A model generated the notes under the pieces. It did no database searches, was not told the origin of the DNA, and saw nothing but the letters and a program-made list of their open reading frames with translations. Shown one piece after another: positions 27,201-38,771 of a stretch of DNA of 64,000 bases (positions within the stretch are counted from its first letter, which is position 1; every line of letters begins with the position of its first letter). A program made the translations under genes and the position numbers. Origin of the DNA: Chrysomallon squamiferum (Eukaryota; Animalia; Mollusca); contig CM022676.1 of assembly GCA_012295275.1 (NCBI GenBank), positions 7,316,001 to 7,380,000 of the forward strand, read 5' to 3'.

Positions 27201-28986
27201 CCCAACGCGGTAGCGGCCAACGGAACCAACAAGTCGGAGAACGGAGAGAACTGCGTCTCCTTGGAGATGTACCTGGCCTGCCCCATGTGCCACATTCAGT
27301 TCGCCAACAAGCGAGACCTCATCGAGCATGCGGCCGAGCACGGGAAGACCAAGTCTAGGCTGAATCCAAATCGCCCGCACAAGTGCTCGAAATGCTGGAA
27401 GGCCTTCGGGACTCAGGAGCGACTTCAACGTCACCTGCTGTGCCACGGTGAGGAGGACACGAAGCCTCTGCAGTGCAACGTCTGCTACAAGAGGTTCATG
27501 AACAACTCGGCGCTCGCCTGTCACATGAAGACTCACAGCGACCACAAGTACTACGAGTGTCCCCTGTGTCGCCTGGGCTTCGACCAGGTGAACATGCTGA
27601 AGGCTCACATAACAATGCACGCTCAGGACGGTCTGTTCACCTGTCCTGCCTGCAGCAAGAAGTTCGAAGACTACACCCTGATCAGAAAGCACATGCGAAC
27701 GTTCCACCCGGACAAGAAGTACCCGTGTCCAGACTGCGAGAAGGTTTTCCCTCGTCCAGACAAGCTGAAGCTTCACATGCTGCGGCACTCGGCGCACCGC
27801 GAGTTCATGTGCGAAAACTGCGGCCGCCAGTTCAAAAGGAAAGACAAGCTGAAGGAGCACATCAAGCGCATGCACTCGGTCGAGAGGGAGGCCAAAAATA
27901 TGGAGCGGGACAGACCGAACGTGAAGAAATTCGTGCCCAAAGTTTCGCCCAACGATTATCACAGGTTCATCTACAAGTGTCACAACTGTCTGCTGGGGTT
28001 CAAAAGGCGCGGCATGCTTGTCAATCATCTTGCCAAACGACATCCAGATCTGAAACCGGAGTGTATTCCCGAGCTCAACCTTCCCATCCTGAAGACGCAG
28101 CGAGACTACTACTGCCAGTACTGCGACAAGGTGTACAAGTCGAGCTCCAAAAGAAAAGCGCACATCATCAAGAACCACCCGGGATCTGAACTTCCGATGA
28201 GCAGTCGGCGACGGAATCTCATTCCAGAAATTCCCGGACTCCCTAACCCGACGTACTCGCAGACTGTCGGCAGCATAACGACGATGCCTCATTCCTGCAC
28301 GTTCTGTCACAAGCAGTACGCTAGCAAGGCGAAGCTGATGCAGCACCAGAGGAAGAAGCATCCCGACAGCGTCCCGGCGACAAACGAGAAAAGGAAGTCG
28401 TCTGCTAAAGAGGAGCTGTATCTGTTGGAAACGGCTCAGCCTGTGGTGCAGGAGAGGTACGAGGAGGTGGCCACTGTCCACACTGTCCACCCGGACTCGA
28501 TACAGGCCGCTGATCTGTTGACGCAGGCGATGAGCGAGTTGACACAGTCGCTGCAGGAGTACAGGCCCGGCACCGAGTACAGGCTGGCGCCGCACCTCGG
28601 CTCACACACTGGCACGATGCTGCAGATACAGCCGTCGCAGCTGCAACATTCAACGATCGAACTGAGTCACCTGGGCCAGGCGTTGGCGCACACGCAGTTC
28701 AGTCCAGCAGCAGACGCACATCGTCCAGGTGAACGGAACCACAGTGATTGCAGCAGCAGCAGCAGCAGCGCCTGGATCAACGGCAAGCCAGCAGCCGATG
28801 GCAATGTCGGTGGTCACCACGAGTCCCTCTCAGCCCATCCCAGGTTCACTAACTCTTCCTCTGTCTCTTACAGCGACACAAGTTCCTTTAGCAACTACGT
28901 CAACGACTGCGGGTGTCCCCGTAGCTAACGCACAGACATACGTGCCTAAAACGTGGTCGAATGCCACGTATCAAACGTTTCGTTAA
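16288..28986 (+). CDS. PRDM10: PR/SET-domain zinc finger protein 10; 15 coding exons; apparent +1 frameshift near 28704 (unshifted frame stops at 28928, shifted frame at 28986)
   Basis: Exons 16288-16434, 17522-17812, 18133-18177, 18586-18783, 19920-19992, 20529-20762, 21246-21361, 21721-21823, 22276-22422, 23068-23180, 23766-23945, 24580-24652, 25456-25667, 26313-26371, 26972-end. PR zinc knuckle [16 protein letters not shown]; PR domain [25 protein letters not shown]; C2H2 array with [17 protein letters not shown] and [28 protein letters not shown], typical of PRDM10. Confidence 0.92.
18790..19870. repeat. 37-bp minisatellite filling most of a PRDM10 intron
   Basis: Unit CTGAGTCATATAGGTGTCTACACTGAGTTACTTGTAT (period 37: ATAGGTGTCT at 18801 and 18838), degenerating toward the 3' end. 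Confidence 0.92.
24158..24260. repeat. (CT)n microsatellite
   Basis: Direct inspection. Confidence 0.95.
25675..26270. repeat. ~21-bp minisatellite (GAATTGTGGGATACTGATACT-like) starting just after a PRDM10 donor
   Basis: TGTGGGAT recurs about every 20 bp from 25681, then decays across the intron. Confidence 0.8.
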
Positions 28987-29499
28987 CTGATGCAGATCAA
29001 CGTTCACAGTAAAAAAAGTTTAAAAAAGCATTTTAAAAATGTTTAAAATTTGTTTTTAATAAATTTGTCTCTGCATTGCCTGTATCTGTATCATTATATG
29101 CTGTATGTTTCTTGTTAAAGTTATAAACACAGTTCAATAATCCCTGTTCCCTTTGAAACTTTGCCAGTTCGAAACTGTTTTATATATTCATGCACGTACA
29201 TACATTTTGTTGTAGAATTGAGTATTTCAGATGCATTTTTTAATATAAATATTATTTCTGCATAATTCCGTTATTTCAAAGTTTCATCATCAAGATGTGA
29301 AATATAATCAAAAGAAAAAAATATTGTAATAGAAAAACAAAAAAACAACAAAAAACAACAGATTCAAAACAAATACAAAATTGCCAAATGTTGATAATCA
29401 TTTTTATTTATTTATTTACTTATTTTATTCAAAGGTTGTTTTGGCTATTTTCAAATATATTTAAACATATTTAGTTATTGCCATAAAAAATATTTAGTA

Positions 29500-29665
29500 T
29501 TAAAATTACCTTGTATAAAAATTACTTGTGTAAAAATTACCTGTATTAACATTACCTGTGTAAAAATTACCTGTATTAAAATTACCTGTATTAACATTAC
29601 CTGTGTAAAAATTACCTGTATCAAATTACTTCTCTGAAAATTGCCTGTATTAAAATTACCTGTTT
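29500..29665. repeat. ~15-bp minisatellite (AAAATTACCTGTATT) in the PRDM10 3' region
   Basis: About 11 tandem copies. Confidence 0.9.
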
Positions 29666-30459
29666 GAAAGGTGCTACAAATAGAACTAGATTCAGTTTAT
29701 ATGAATGTATTACATGTACCTATCTAGATGAAGAAGTATGACCAAACAAAAACATTTCTTGCAGTAATTGACATGTTCTTTAAATCAGTAAAAAGACATT
29801 ATAGGTGAGAAGAGAAAAAGATTTCCTTCTAGATTTGCACCATTTATTATTTACCCTTTCAATAGGTTAACAAGGTAACCTTCCATCCACCTGGGGCATA
29901 TTATTGTTAAATTATTATACATTATTATTATCACATCCATATTGTTTCTTGGAGATTTTAAGTAGACATTATTAATCAAACTAACATTTTTTATTTTTTA
30001 TTTTTATTTTTTTTTTCAGAACTTTTTTAATTTTTGGTATTATCAGTAATATGTTTTGAGCATTTTGGATCCTAATATGCTATTTAGTGTAATAAATAAT
30101 AATAGTAATAATTGTAATAATAATAATAATAATATTCAGTAAAAATATTGATGATAATGATTTCTCCCTTCCTGCAAAACTACTTTATGGATAACAATAT
30201 TACTAACTGTTTATGATTACAGAAAAAAAATAAAAAAATAAAATAATAATAATAATAAAAAAATAAAATAATAAAAGCATTTAAAGATCTTTTTAAAACT
30301 GGTTAACATTAACAAAATAAAATATTATTTATTTATTATCTTTGACCACTAAAGCTTTTGACCTAATTAACACATCATCAATGACTGATTTCCCAACTTA
30401 TTTAAATAAATCAAACAACACATTTAATCTAATTCTAATCAATAACTCCTATGTGTATA

Positions 30460-30494
<35 letters not shown>

Positions 30495-31399
30495 TATGTG
30501 ATTAAGTATAGTGTTTAATTAGACTGACACAGTTGAAGTATTTCTTCAATTTTTGAAAAAAAATGCAAAATCATTTAATGGTGCTAATTTTTATTTTCGT
30601 TATTTACCTTTTTGGCAGTGTTGACAAGATACCTCAACACAAGATGGCTGTTGCCTAGATATCTTTGAAATGCTATAAGTCTGCATGATATATCTCTGTA
30701 TGCTAGGAAACTGCCATGGCAAAGATATCTTGACAGACATAATACACTTGTTATGTATACAGTAGTGATAGAAATAGTTAACTTTCCAAAAAATACTCGA
30801 CTCTGGGAAGTGTATGTTGTGTGAAAATTTGATGCAGTTAGGGTTATGACATATTCTTTCTGAGTCAGTTGACTGTCAAATGGCTATTTCATCCATCATG
30901 CATCTGTGTAATATTCAGTTATATATATATATATATATATATACATGTTTATACCAAAGATAAAATCAGTTTAAGTTTATCTGTCAAAACTCGGCCATGT
31001 TAGATATAGTTTATTATTGTGCTTTCTACGTTGTGCTATTCGTTAGAGTAGACATTCACATAGATCTTAGAAAATTATATTGTGAAAAAAAAAAAAAAAA
31101 AAAAAAATAAAATAAAATAAAATAAAAATAATAATAATAAAAATGTTAATTTATTCTTGTTCTGTTACAATTTCTATATAATATGTTTCATCGATTCTTT
31201 TTCTTATTAAATAAACTGCCTTCCATATTAAAGGTATTAAATGTTTTTACAAGTTTGTTATTTTTTTTCACTAAAGATCTATATTCCAGTTTTCTTCCAG
31301 ATTTGATTTCAGAGGTTTCTGTGTATGTGTGATTTAGTTATTTATTATTATTACATTTTTTATAAATATATTTTTTTCTTGTTAGAAAATGTAATGTTT

Positions 31400-32100
31400 A
31401 ACATGACATTGTCTGCATCATTTAAAACAAACATGCTATAGGCAAAAAAAGAAACAGTTTAAAATAAACTTAAATAAAAATAAAAATATCATCTACAGAA
31501 AATATTGTTTTATTTACATTATTAAACATGTTTATTTTGATGCAAAGAGCCATACTTTACATTGTACCAGATTCTCTGCAATTTTTAAAACATGCATTTC
31601 ATAGGCAAAGACAGAAATAGTAACATAAAGTTAAAAATAAATATCATACAAGATAGAATTATAAATACATGATTGATGATGTAATTAACTTAGATGCAAA
31701 TAATAATGTTTTATGACATACAACATAGAATATTTAAAATGTTGTGGCAGTGGACAAAGAGAGAAACAATTTAAAATGTTTAAAAAATCTCAATGTAAAT
31801 TACCCACCCAGAATAAAGTAACAATTACATCAGTTAATTTAGATGCAAAAAATGATTTGTAACAATCTCTGCCACATTTAAAACCTGCACGAACGATTTA
31901 AAATAAAGTTCACATCCCAAAACTTGATACATAATATATGAATATATGATTGACTAAAGGTAGATGCAAAGAATTGTTTCATAACATTATACTAGATGTT
32001 GTAATATTAGATACAATATTGTGTGCAACATTTTAAATATGCATGTAACAGGTGAAGACTGAGTTTAAGATAAAGTTATTTAAAAAATTTAAAAAGCTAA
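31400..32100. repeat. Highly degenerate ~150-bp tandem repeat
   Basis: GATGCAAA...TTTAAAA...GGCAAAG...TAAAATAAA blocks recur 4-5 times. Confidence 0.55.
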
Positions 32101-34081
32101 ACTAAAGTTTATATAATTATAAATATATGATGATACTCATTGTTGTAAGTATACAAAATATACAAGTATATGATTGCTTTTTGATACTGGCGATTCAAAA
32201 TCACTTTGAAACTAGACATTATTAGCACTATATTTGAAATTATTTAATTTACATTTAATTTTTAAAATGTTTTTTTTAAATTAATAATCGGATTTTATTA
32301 ATACAGTCCATAGTAATAAACTTGTATTTCATTTAATCATTTATTTTACTTTTTTCATTATTTAATTGATTTAATTTATAGCCTGTATTAAATTTATATC
32401 ATTTATATTAAAGCATTTCATTTAATCATTTATTTAACACTGAGCACTTTTTTTTTTTATTAAATCCATTTTACCAATACAGACTGTAGTAACAATAAAC
32501 TTACATCACTTAAATTAATTTAACTTAAATATTTAATTTAGTTTTAATATTTGTTTAATATGAATGTCTAGAGTTATGTGGTGTTTTACAGGCATTGTAG
32601 ATAAAAATAGTTGTCTAGTTCATTGTTCAATTATTAATATTTTACCTCTTTTGGTCCAAAAAAAAAAGGTAATCCAAAAAGGCTTTGGAATCAGTGATTT
32701 AGGAAAATCAGTGGGTATCTGTATTTAAACATGTAAAAGGAGCATCAAGGTAATTACAATTAGACTGATAATTTTTTTAATTCCATTCTTTGTTAAATCA
32801 TAATCTCCCCCATCATTGATGACACACAATGAAATTAAAAACAGCAACAACAATTAAAAAATAAAAATTAAAATTAAAAAGAAAGATACAAAAAAAATGG
32901 ATAAAAATAAAATAATAATAAAAAATAAAATAATTTAAAATTAAAAACACAGCAAAAATAAAAAAAAAAAATGGATTAACAAAAGGATGAAATAATAATA
33001 AAAAAAATAAAAAATTTAAAATAAAAAACAGCAATAATTAAAAAATAAAATAAAAGATGGAAATAACAATAAAATGCAAAATAAATTCTAAAAATTACTA
33101 TTATTTCTGCAACTTTGATATTTTTAATTACCAAAAATATGAAGCACTGTTTTCAAGAATTATCAATCTGATAAAATATAATTACTAAAAAATCTTTTAT
33201 ATTCAGCAATTGAACCCTTGATGTAACAACCGTTATCATTGGCTGGAAAACAAAAAAAAGTAAAACAAGCCAATCAGAAGCCATGATATATACAGACTAA
33301 AAGAAAATTGATAATAAACAATGCTTTAGTTTTGATGATTTTTGTGATGATTTTTGATAAAAGGCAATATGGCATACTAAAATATTTTTAAAAACATTTT
33401 TATAGCATTAAGTGGTAGTAAAAAACTGACAAGTAATAAAAGAATCAACTGTTCATCTATATCTTCTAAGTTTTATTTCAATTTTTTTGTTTTTGTCATC
33501 TTTATGTAACTCTGTCACTTTAGCTACTTTTAGGAACGGTGAAAATGTTACATTACTTTATATGAAAACTCCACAGCCCCATTTTAATATTATATATATA
33601 CCAGTAATATGTATTTGACCTTTGACCACTGACACACCAACATTGTCACATGTCTGTGATTTTCCAGCTTTCACATAATTTAAATAATTTTTTAAACATT
33701 CACCTTATTATCTTAATATTATATTGTTATTACAATTTTATCATCATCATCATCATCATCATCATCATTGTTCTTGTATTATTGTTGTTGTGTTGTTGTT
33801 GTTGTTACCCTTGAGATTAGCTTAGTGATGTTTATGCTGACTGCAACAACCCACACTGCTTTTTCAATAAATAAATAAAAAAATGTCCCCAAAGTGAATA
33901 ATTATAGCAAAAACCTTTCATCATTTCATGTGACGGAGAAAAAAAATCCAAGAAAACACAAAGTCATTTTCCCATCAGTTAAAGAATCATCACAAATACA
34001 AATTAAATGATTTGAAATCATCACTGATAAAACTACAACGGTTAAACTGTTCTTTATAACATTCCGAAACTTCCTTTTTGT

Positions 34082-34408
34082 CTATCGTCTTCTAGTCTGT
34101 ATTGGTTTAGCATATACAGGACTGTTCACGTAATATAGCATCAAAAACGAACCTCCAATAATGAGAAACAAAGCACAAACCGCCAACAAGAGTGATCTGT
34201 ATATTATCAAATAATCATATTTCTGAAACATAAATGAAAAAAAGAGAATTAGTAACTGAAACTGTTATTAATCCTTAGAGACTGATATGCTGATAAAAAC
34301 TAATGTTTGTTATCTTAATTAAGGTAGGCAGAGATTTTTTGTGTGTGTGTGTGTGTGTATCTATGTATGTAAGTATAAATATATAAACATATGTATCATC
34401 TAACTGTG

Positions 34409-34442
<34 letters not shown>

Positions 34443-35095
34443 CATATACATATGTATATGCATATATGTATACACACACACACACACAGGTTTAACATTT
34501 TAGTATTTATATGTGTGTGTGTGTGTATATATATATATGTATGCACACACAGAGATTAAATCATTACATGCATGCATAAATTAAATATTAAAATGTAAAT
34601 ATGTATATAAATAACAATTTTATTATATAAACAATGACATTTCATTACATCTCTACATGAAATTTTATAATTATCTCATTATGTTAATTAACATTTTCAA
34701 TACATTACAAACTTAAAAAGGCATTTACAAAGACAGTGGGAAATCTTTAACTGTAAATGCGAATAATGCTGTTTTATACATTTATGATAATGAATACTCA
34801 GTTACCTTAATTACTTCTTCCTGTGTAGCTACTTCAGGTTCTCTTGGAATGAAGATAATAATAAGGGTCAATACAACAGCTCCAAAAACTGCAAATGGTC
34901 CTAGACGTCTGCAAATAAATAAATAAATAAATAAACAAATAAATAAATAAATAAATAATTATGATTATTACGTGTAACAGTATGTTATTACATTTTAGTA
35001 ATAATTTCAACAACATTTCTTTATACAGGCAATCGAAATTAACATAATGTTGATAAAGCAAACACAAACATCCACACACAAACATCCACACACAC

Positions 35096-35138
<43 letters not shown>

Positions 35139-35304
35139 GTATGAATGAAGGTAAGCTTCGAAAACATGTTGTCAGAAATCATAATAAAGTGACTTACGCT
35201 AGCTTACTTTGACTTCTGGATAAAATTATACAGACAAACAAGCTAAGAGCCCATAGAAAGCCAATGAGAAAAATACCCGGGCCGACACCTAAAACTCTTT
35301 CCAT
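34082..35304 (-). CDS. TMEM218: Transmembrane protein 218 (ciliary transition zone), 3 exons, 116 aa
   Basis: Exons 35198-35304, 34806-34908, 34082-34222 give MERVLGVGPGIFLIGFLWALSLFVCIILSRSQSKLARLGPFAVFGAVVLTLIIIFIPREPEVATQEEVIKKYDYLIIYRSLLLAVCALFLIIGGSFLMLYYVNSPVYAKPIQTRRR. This matches recalled TMEM218 (VLGVGAGVF...FGAVII...FPR...EPIYAKPL). Missed by the ORF track. Confidence 0.9.
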
Positions 35305-36997
35305 TTTCCAGATCCGATGCAAGGAAGCGCCCAAACAAATACAAGTCAAACCATGTTTAACCAGTAACAAATTCCAAGGACAATAACTCTGATGAACAGA
35401 ACGACATGCTTTCCCCTCGCCACATGAAATTAGATAGTTGAAAACGCTGAGGTTTGAACGATTTATATTTGATTTATGCCTATTTATTGAAATTTAAACT
35501 GAATGAATTAACGTATTCACCATATTTTTACATATAGATTTAGTATAGCTTTATTCTTTTTATAATCATAAGAGATTTTAAGTAATACAGCTATCTTGTC
35601 TTGTATGATTATTAATTAGTGAAATGTAGTCATTTTCTGCCTGTCAGTTGGTTGTAGTATGAAATATCAGCCCATATGGAAAAGCGAGCCATATTCATTG
35701 TTGAAGTAAGATACATTTATTATTAACGATTTGTCTAAGCGAATTGTATGAGTAATCAATAATTATTAATACCTGATTTGTTCTGAAATTAATTCGTCTT
35801 CACTGAACCCAGAAATACACGTGTGTGTGTGTTTGTGAAATGAGACATAGGCATAATGCATAAACCTATAATATATATATATATATAAGAAGAGAACAAA
35901 TAATTAAAAGAAATACCCGAAGGACTAGGTATGGGTACGACAGTAAAACTTTTTTTCATACTCCTAAACTGATATCAGAAAACTCGAGCCAAATATTAAG
36001 ATACTGGTTCTGATATGATGTTTTCATCAATAACAAATTTATCACGGGTCAAAAAGTCCCAGGATATCTTCCCATTGTGACAATCACAATAAATTATAAA
36101 CATTATTAATGTGAAATAGATGGTTTAATAAATTATTTATATATCCGAGGTTTTATGTCACTGTTTTACAATCATCGCTCGAAGGAATGTGTAACTATAA
36201 AATAATATCGCTTAAATAAAAATATGAATAAATAAATAAATAATAATTAATAAACAACCCCCCCCCAAAAAAATACCCCTAAAAACAGTAACAACAAAAC
36301 AAAGCAAAACAAAACAACAACAACAAATAAATACATTTTTACATCTTCACAATTATGTCGTGATGTGAAGGCGTTCAGGACATACGCGATGACGTCATAC
36401 AAATATGGCGGCGCATGTACATTTTTATTTTGCTTAATTTTATTAATCAGGAAAGAAAAAAAGAAAAGAAAAAAGAAACAACAAAACAAACCTAAATCGA
36501 TAATTTTATGAATGTTTTACATATTTAAACTATTAAATTTTGTTCATGTTTGTATTCAGATTTAAAGATAAGGAAAAGAGTAAAATAAATTATTATATTT
36601 TGATCCTTCATTTTCCGTTTAATGGTTATCCATGTTTATATTACTTAATGTCTGTTAATCTATATTTTAAGAAAAGGTAATACCTTTTTTTGCCTAATAC
36701 CGTGTTTTCTCTATGGCAAAACGTCCCGTAAAAAAGAAATTACGGTTTATGTGGGTACATATCGATAAGATGTTGTGTAATACAATCAGGTCATTAAGAA
36801 CTGGTGGCACGAGAGGTGTTTTTAATAACGTTACGGTTAACACCAGTATTGTTGTAATACTATTGTTGTTCTTATTAAAACACTGCAGTCTTAATAGTAC
36901 TCCAGTTATTACCAATGTTGATATAAACAAAAGCCACACAGACAGACATACATATTCATCTTTAAACGAAACGAATCAAATCGGTTTTCTTCCATTA

Positions 36998-37060
<63 letters not shown>

Positions 37061-37152
37061 GTGTGTGTAAGCTGGGAACTGATTATATTTATTACACACG
37101 CTGTTTTCAGCATATAATCATGGAAAAAATCTATATAAGTAATAAATAAATA

Positions 37153-37198
<46 letters not shown>

Positions 37199-38370
37199 GT
37201 AATACAATATTATGGCAATGAGAACAGAAATCATCAGAAAAAAAAGAAGAAAAAAAAGACGCCTGTAATAGTTCGTCAATCCTTAGCCGAGTTCATATTT
37301 TACGGCAGTGTTTGCTGCGCAGAAGGATTTGTTGCCGGACACTTCGTAAAAATTTAATATAGGCGTTGATTACATCTGCCTGACATTGATGTTAGGCAAT
37401 TTTATAACCTGATGCGTCACGAATTTGCGTTTAAACCAAAATAACTTTTATTCGAGAGGAACAGGAATTTCGGCAACAATTTTTTCATCAGACGTTTGTA
37501 AATCTTGCTGTTTTATATTCGCGTCTATAAAACAATTTATTGCCGATCGTAAAGCATGCAGCGATGTAAGTCTGTATTTTCTTTTACACATTTTATACGC
37601 GGAAAAATAATTCAGAAGTTAAACGATGACATTCATTGCTTTCGGTGTTACTGAGTAGATTTAAATTTCAAATTTGTAAAATGGATCTCATTATTCGTTT
37701 TATCTTCTGGTAACTCTTCGTAAAGTGAAATAAAACGAAATGAAATGAAACGAAATCAAAGAAAATAAAATAAAATTAATGCAATCCGAGCCGATGTAAA
37801 AATAAAAACAGAATTATTTTAAGGAGATGAAATACAATAAAATTCATACTGGTATCCGGTATGTCTCCTAAGAAAAAAAAAATCTCAACAAACTGACGGA
37901 AAACCATTACTAGTACAATAGCCACCACCACCTTAATTAAAACAAAACCAACATCAACATCAACAACCAGAACGACTGCTACTGCTATACTGCTTTCACC
38001 ACCACCATGATCATTGCCGCTACTGTTACTACTTTCATTGTAAACACTACCATTACTACTACCACAACCACTTCTTTTGTTAGTACTATCTCTGCTGCTG
38101 CTACTACTACTACTATACTACTACTACTAATACTACTAATACTACCATTTATAAAACAACAGCCGTACACCAAAAAACTTCAAATCGAAACATATTCATT
38201 TCGGTATATATGTATGAGTGTACGTGTATATTTCTGTTTGTGTTTATGTACATGTGTATGTATGTATATGTATTTATGTTTGATTTCATAATTAAAATAG
38301 CTCAGATTTGTAAGACTTATAACATTATAAAAAAAAAAAAAAAATAAAAAATAAAAAAAACGAACAGTAG

Positions 38371-38423
<53 letters not shown>

Positions 38424-38692
38424 AAAAAAAAAAAAAAATAAATAAAAAAATAAATAAAATAAAAATGAAAAATACATTTTCGCTGTAGTCAGTCTAGGGC
38501 GGACATTACTGGCGCGAACTCCATCGAAGTCATTCGGTTTTATGACCTCGCCCAATCCTTAAAAATACGAAACTGCGGTACGCTTATATCTTATTATTTA
38601 AATTGCACTATATGATATTAAAACGTCATAATATATACTATTATGAAGATTTAAATCTGACTGCAATCAAAATTTTATAATCTTGTTTTCTG

Positions 38693-38702
38693 TATAAATA
38701 AA
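38693..38702 (+). promoter_or_regulatory. TATA box of the repeat-protein gene
   Basis: TATAAATAAA about 80 bp upstream of ATG 38772. Confidence 0.55.
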
Positions 38703-38771
38703 GATGGAGCATTTATCACTCCATCGTCAGACTTGAAAGTGCAGACGAACCTGCTCAATTAAAGCGCCAAA

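Noticed and set aside
26874-28595. 573-aa antisense ORF, plus the 238-aa shifted ORF at 27473
   Set aside because: Shadows of the GC3-biased PRDM10 exon; no recognisable domain, and the antisense ORF runs into intronic simple repeats.
35370-35390. Possible RFX X-box upstream of ciliary TMEM218
   Set aside because: Too degenerate relative to GTTNCCATGGNAAC to support.
36713-37117. 134-aa plus-strand ORF MAKRPVKKK...
   Set aside because: Ends in a CT microsatellite; no domain or splice support.
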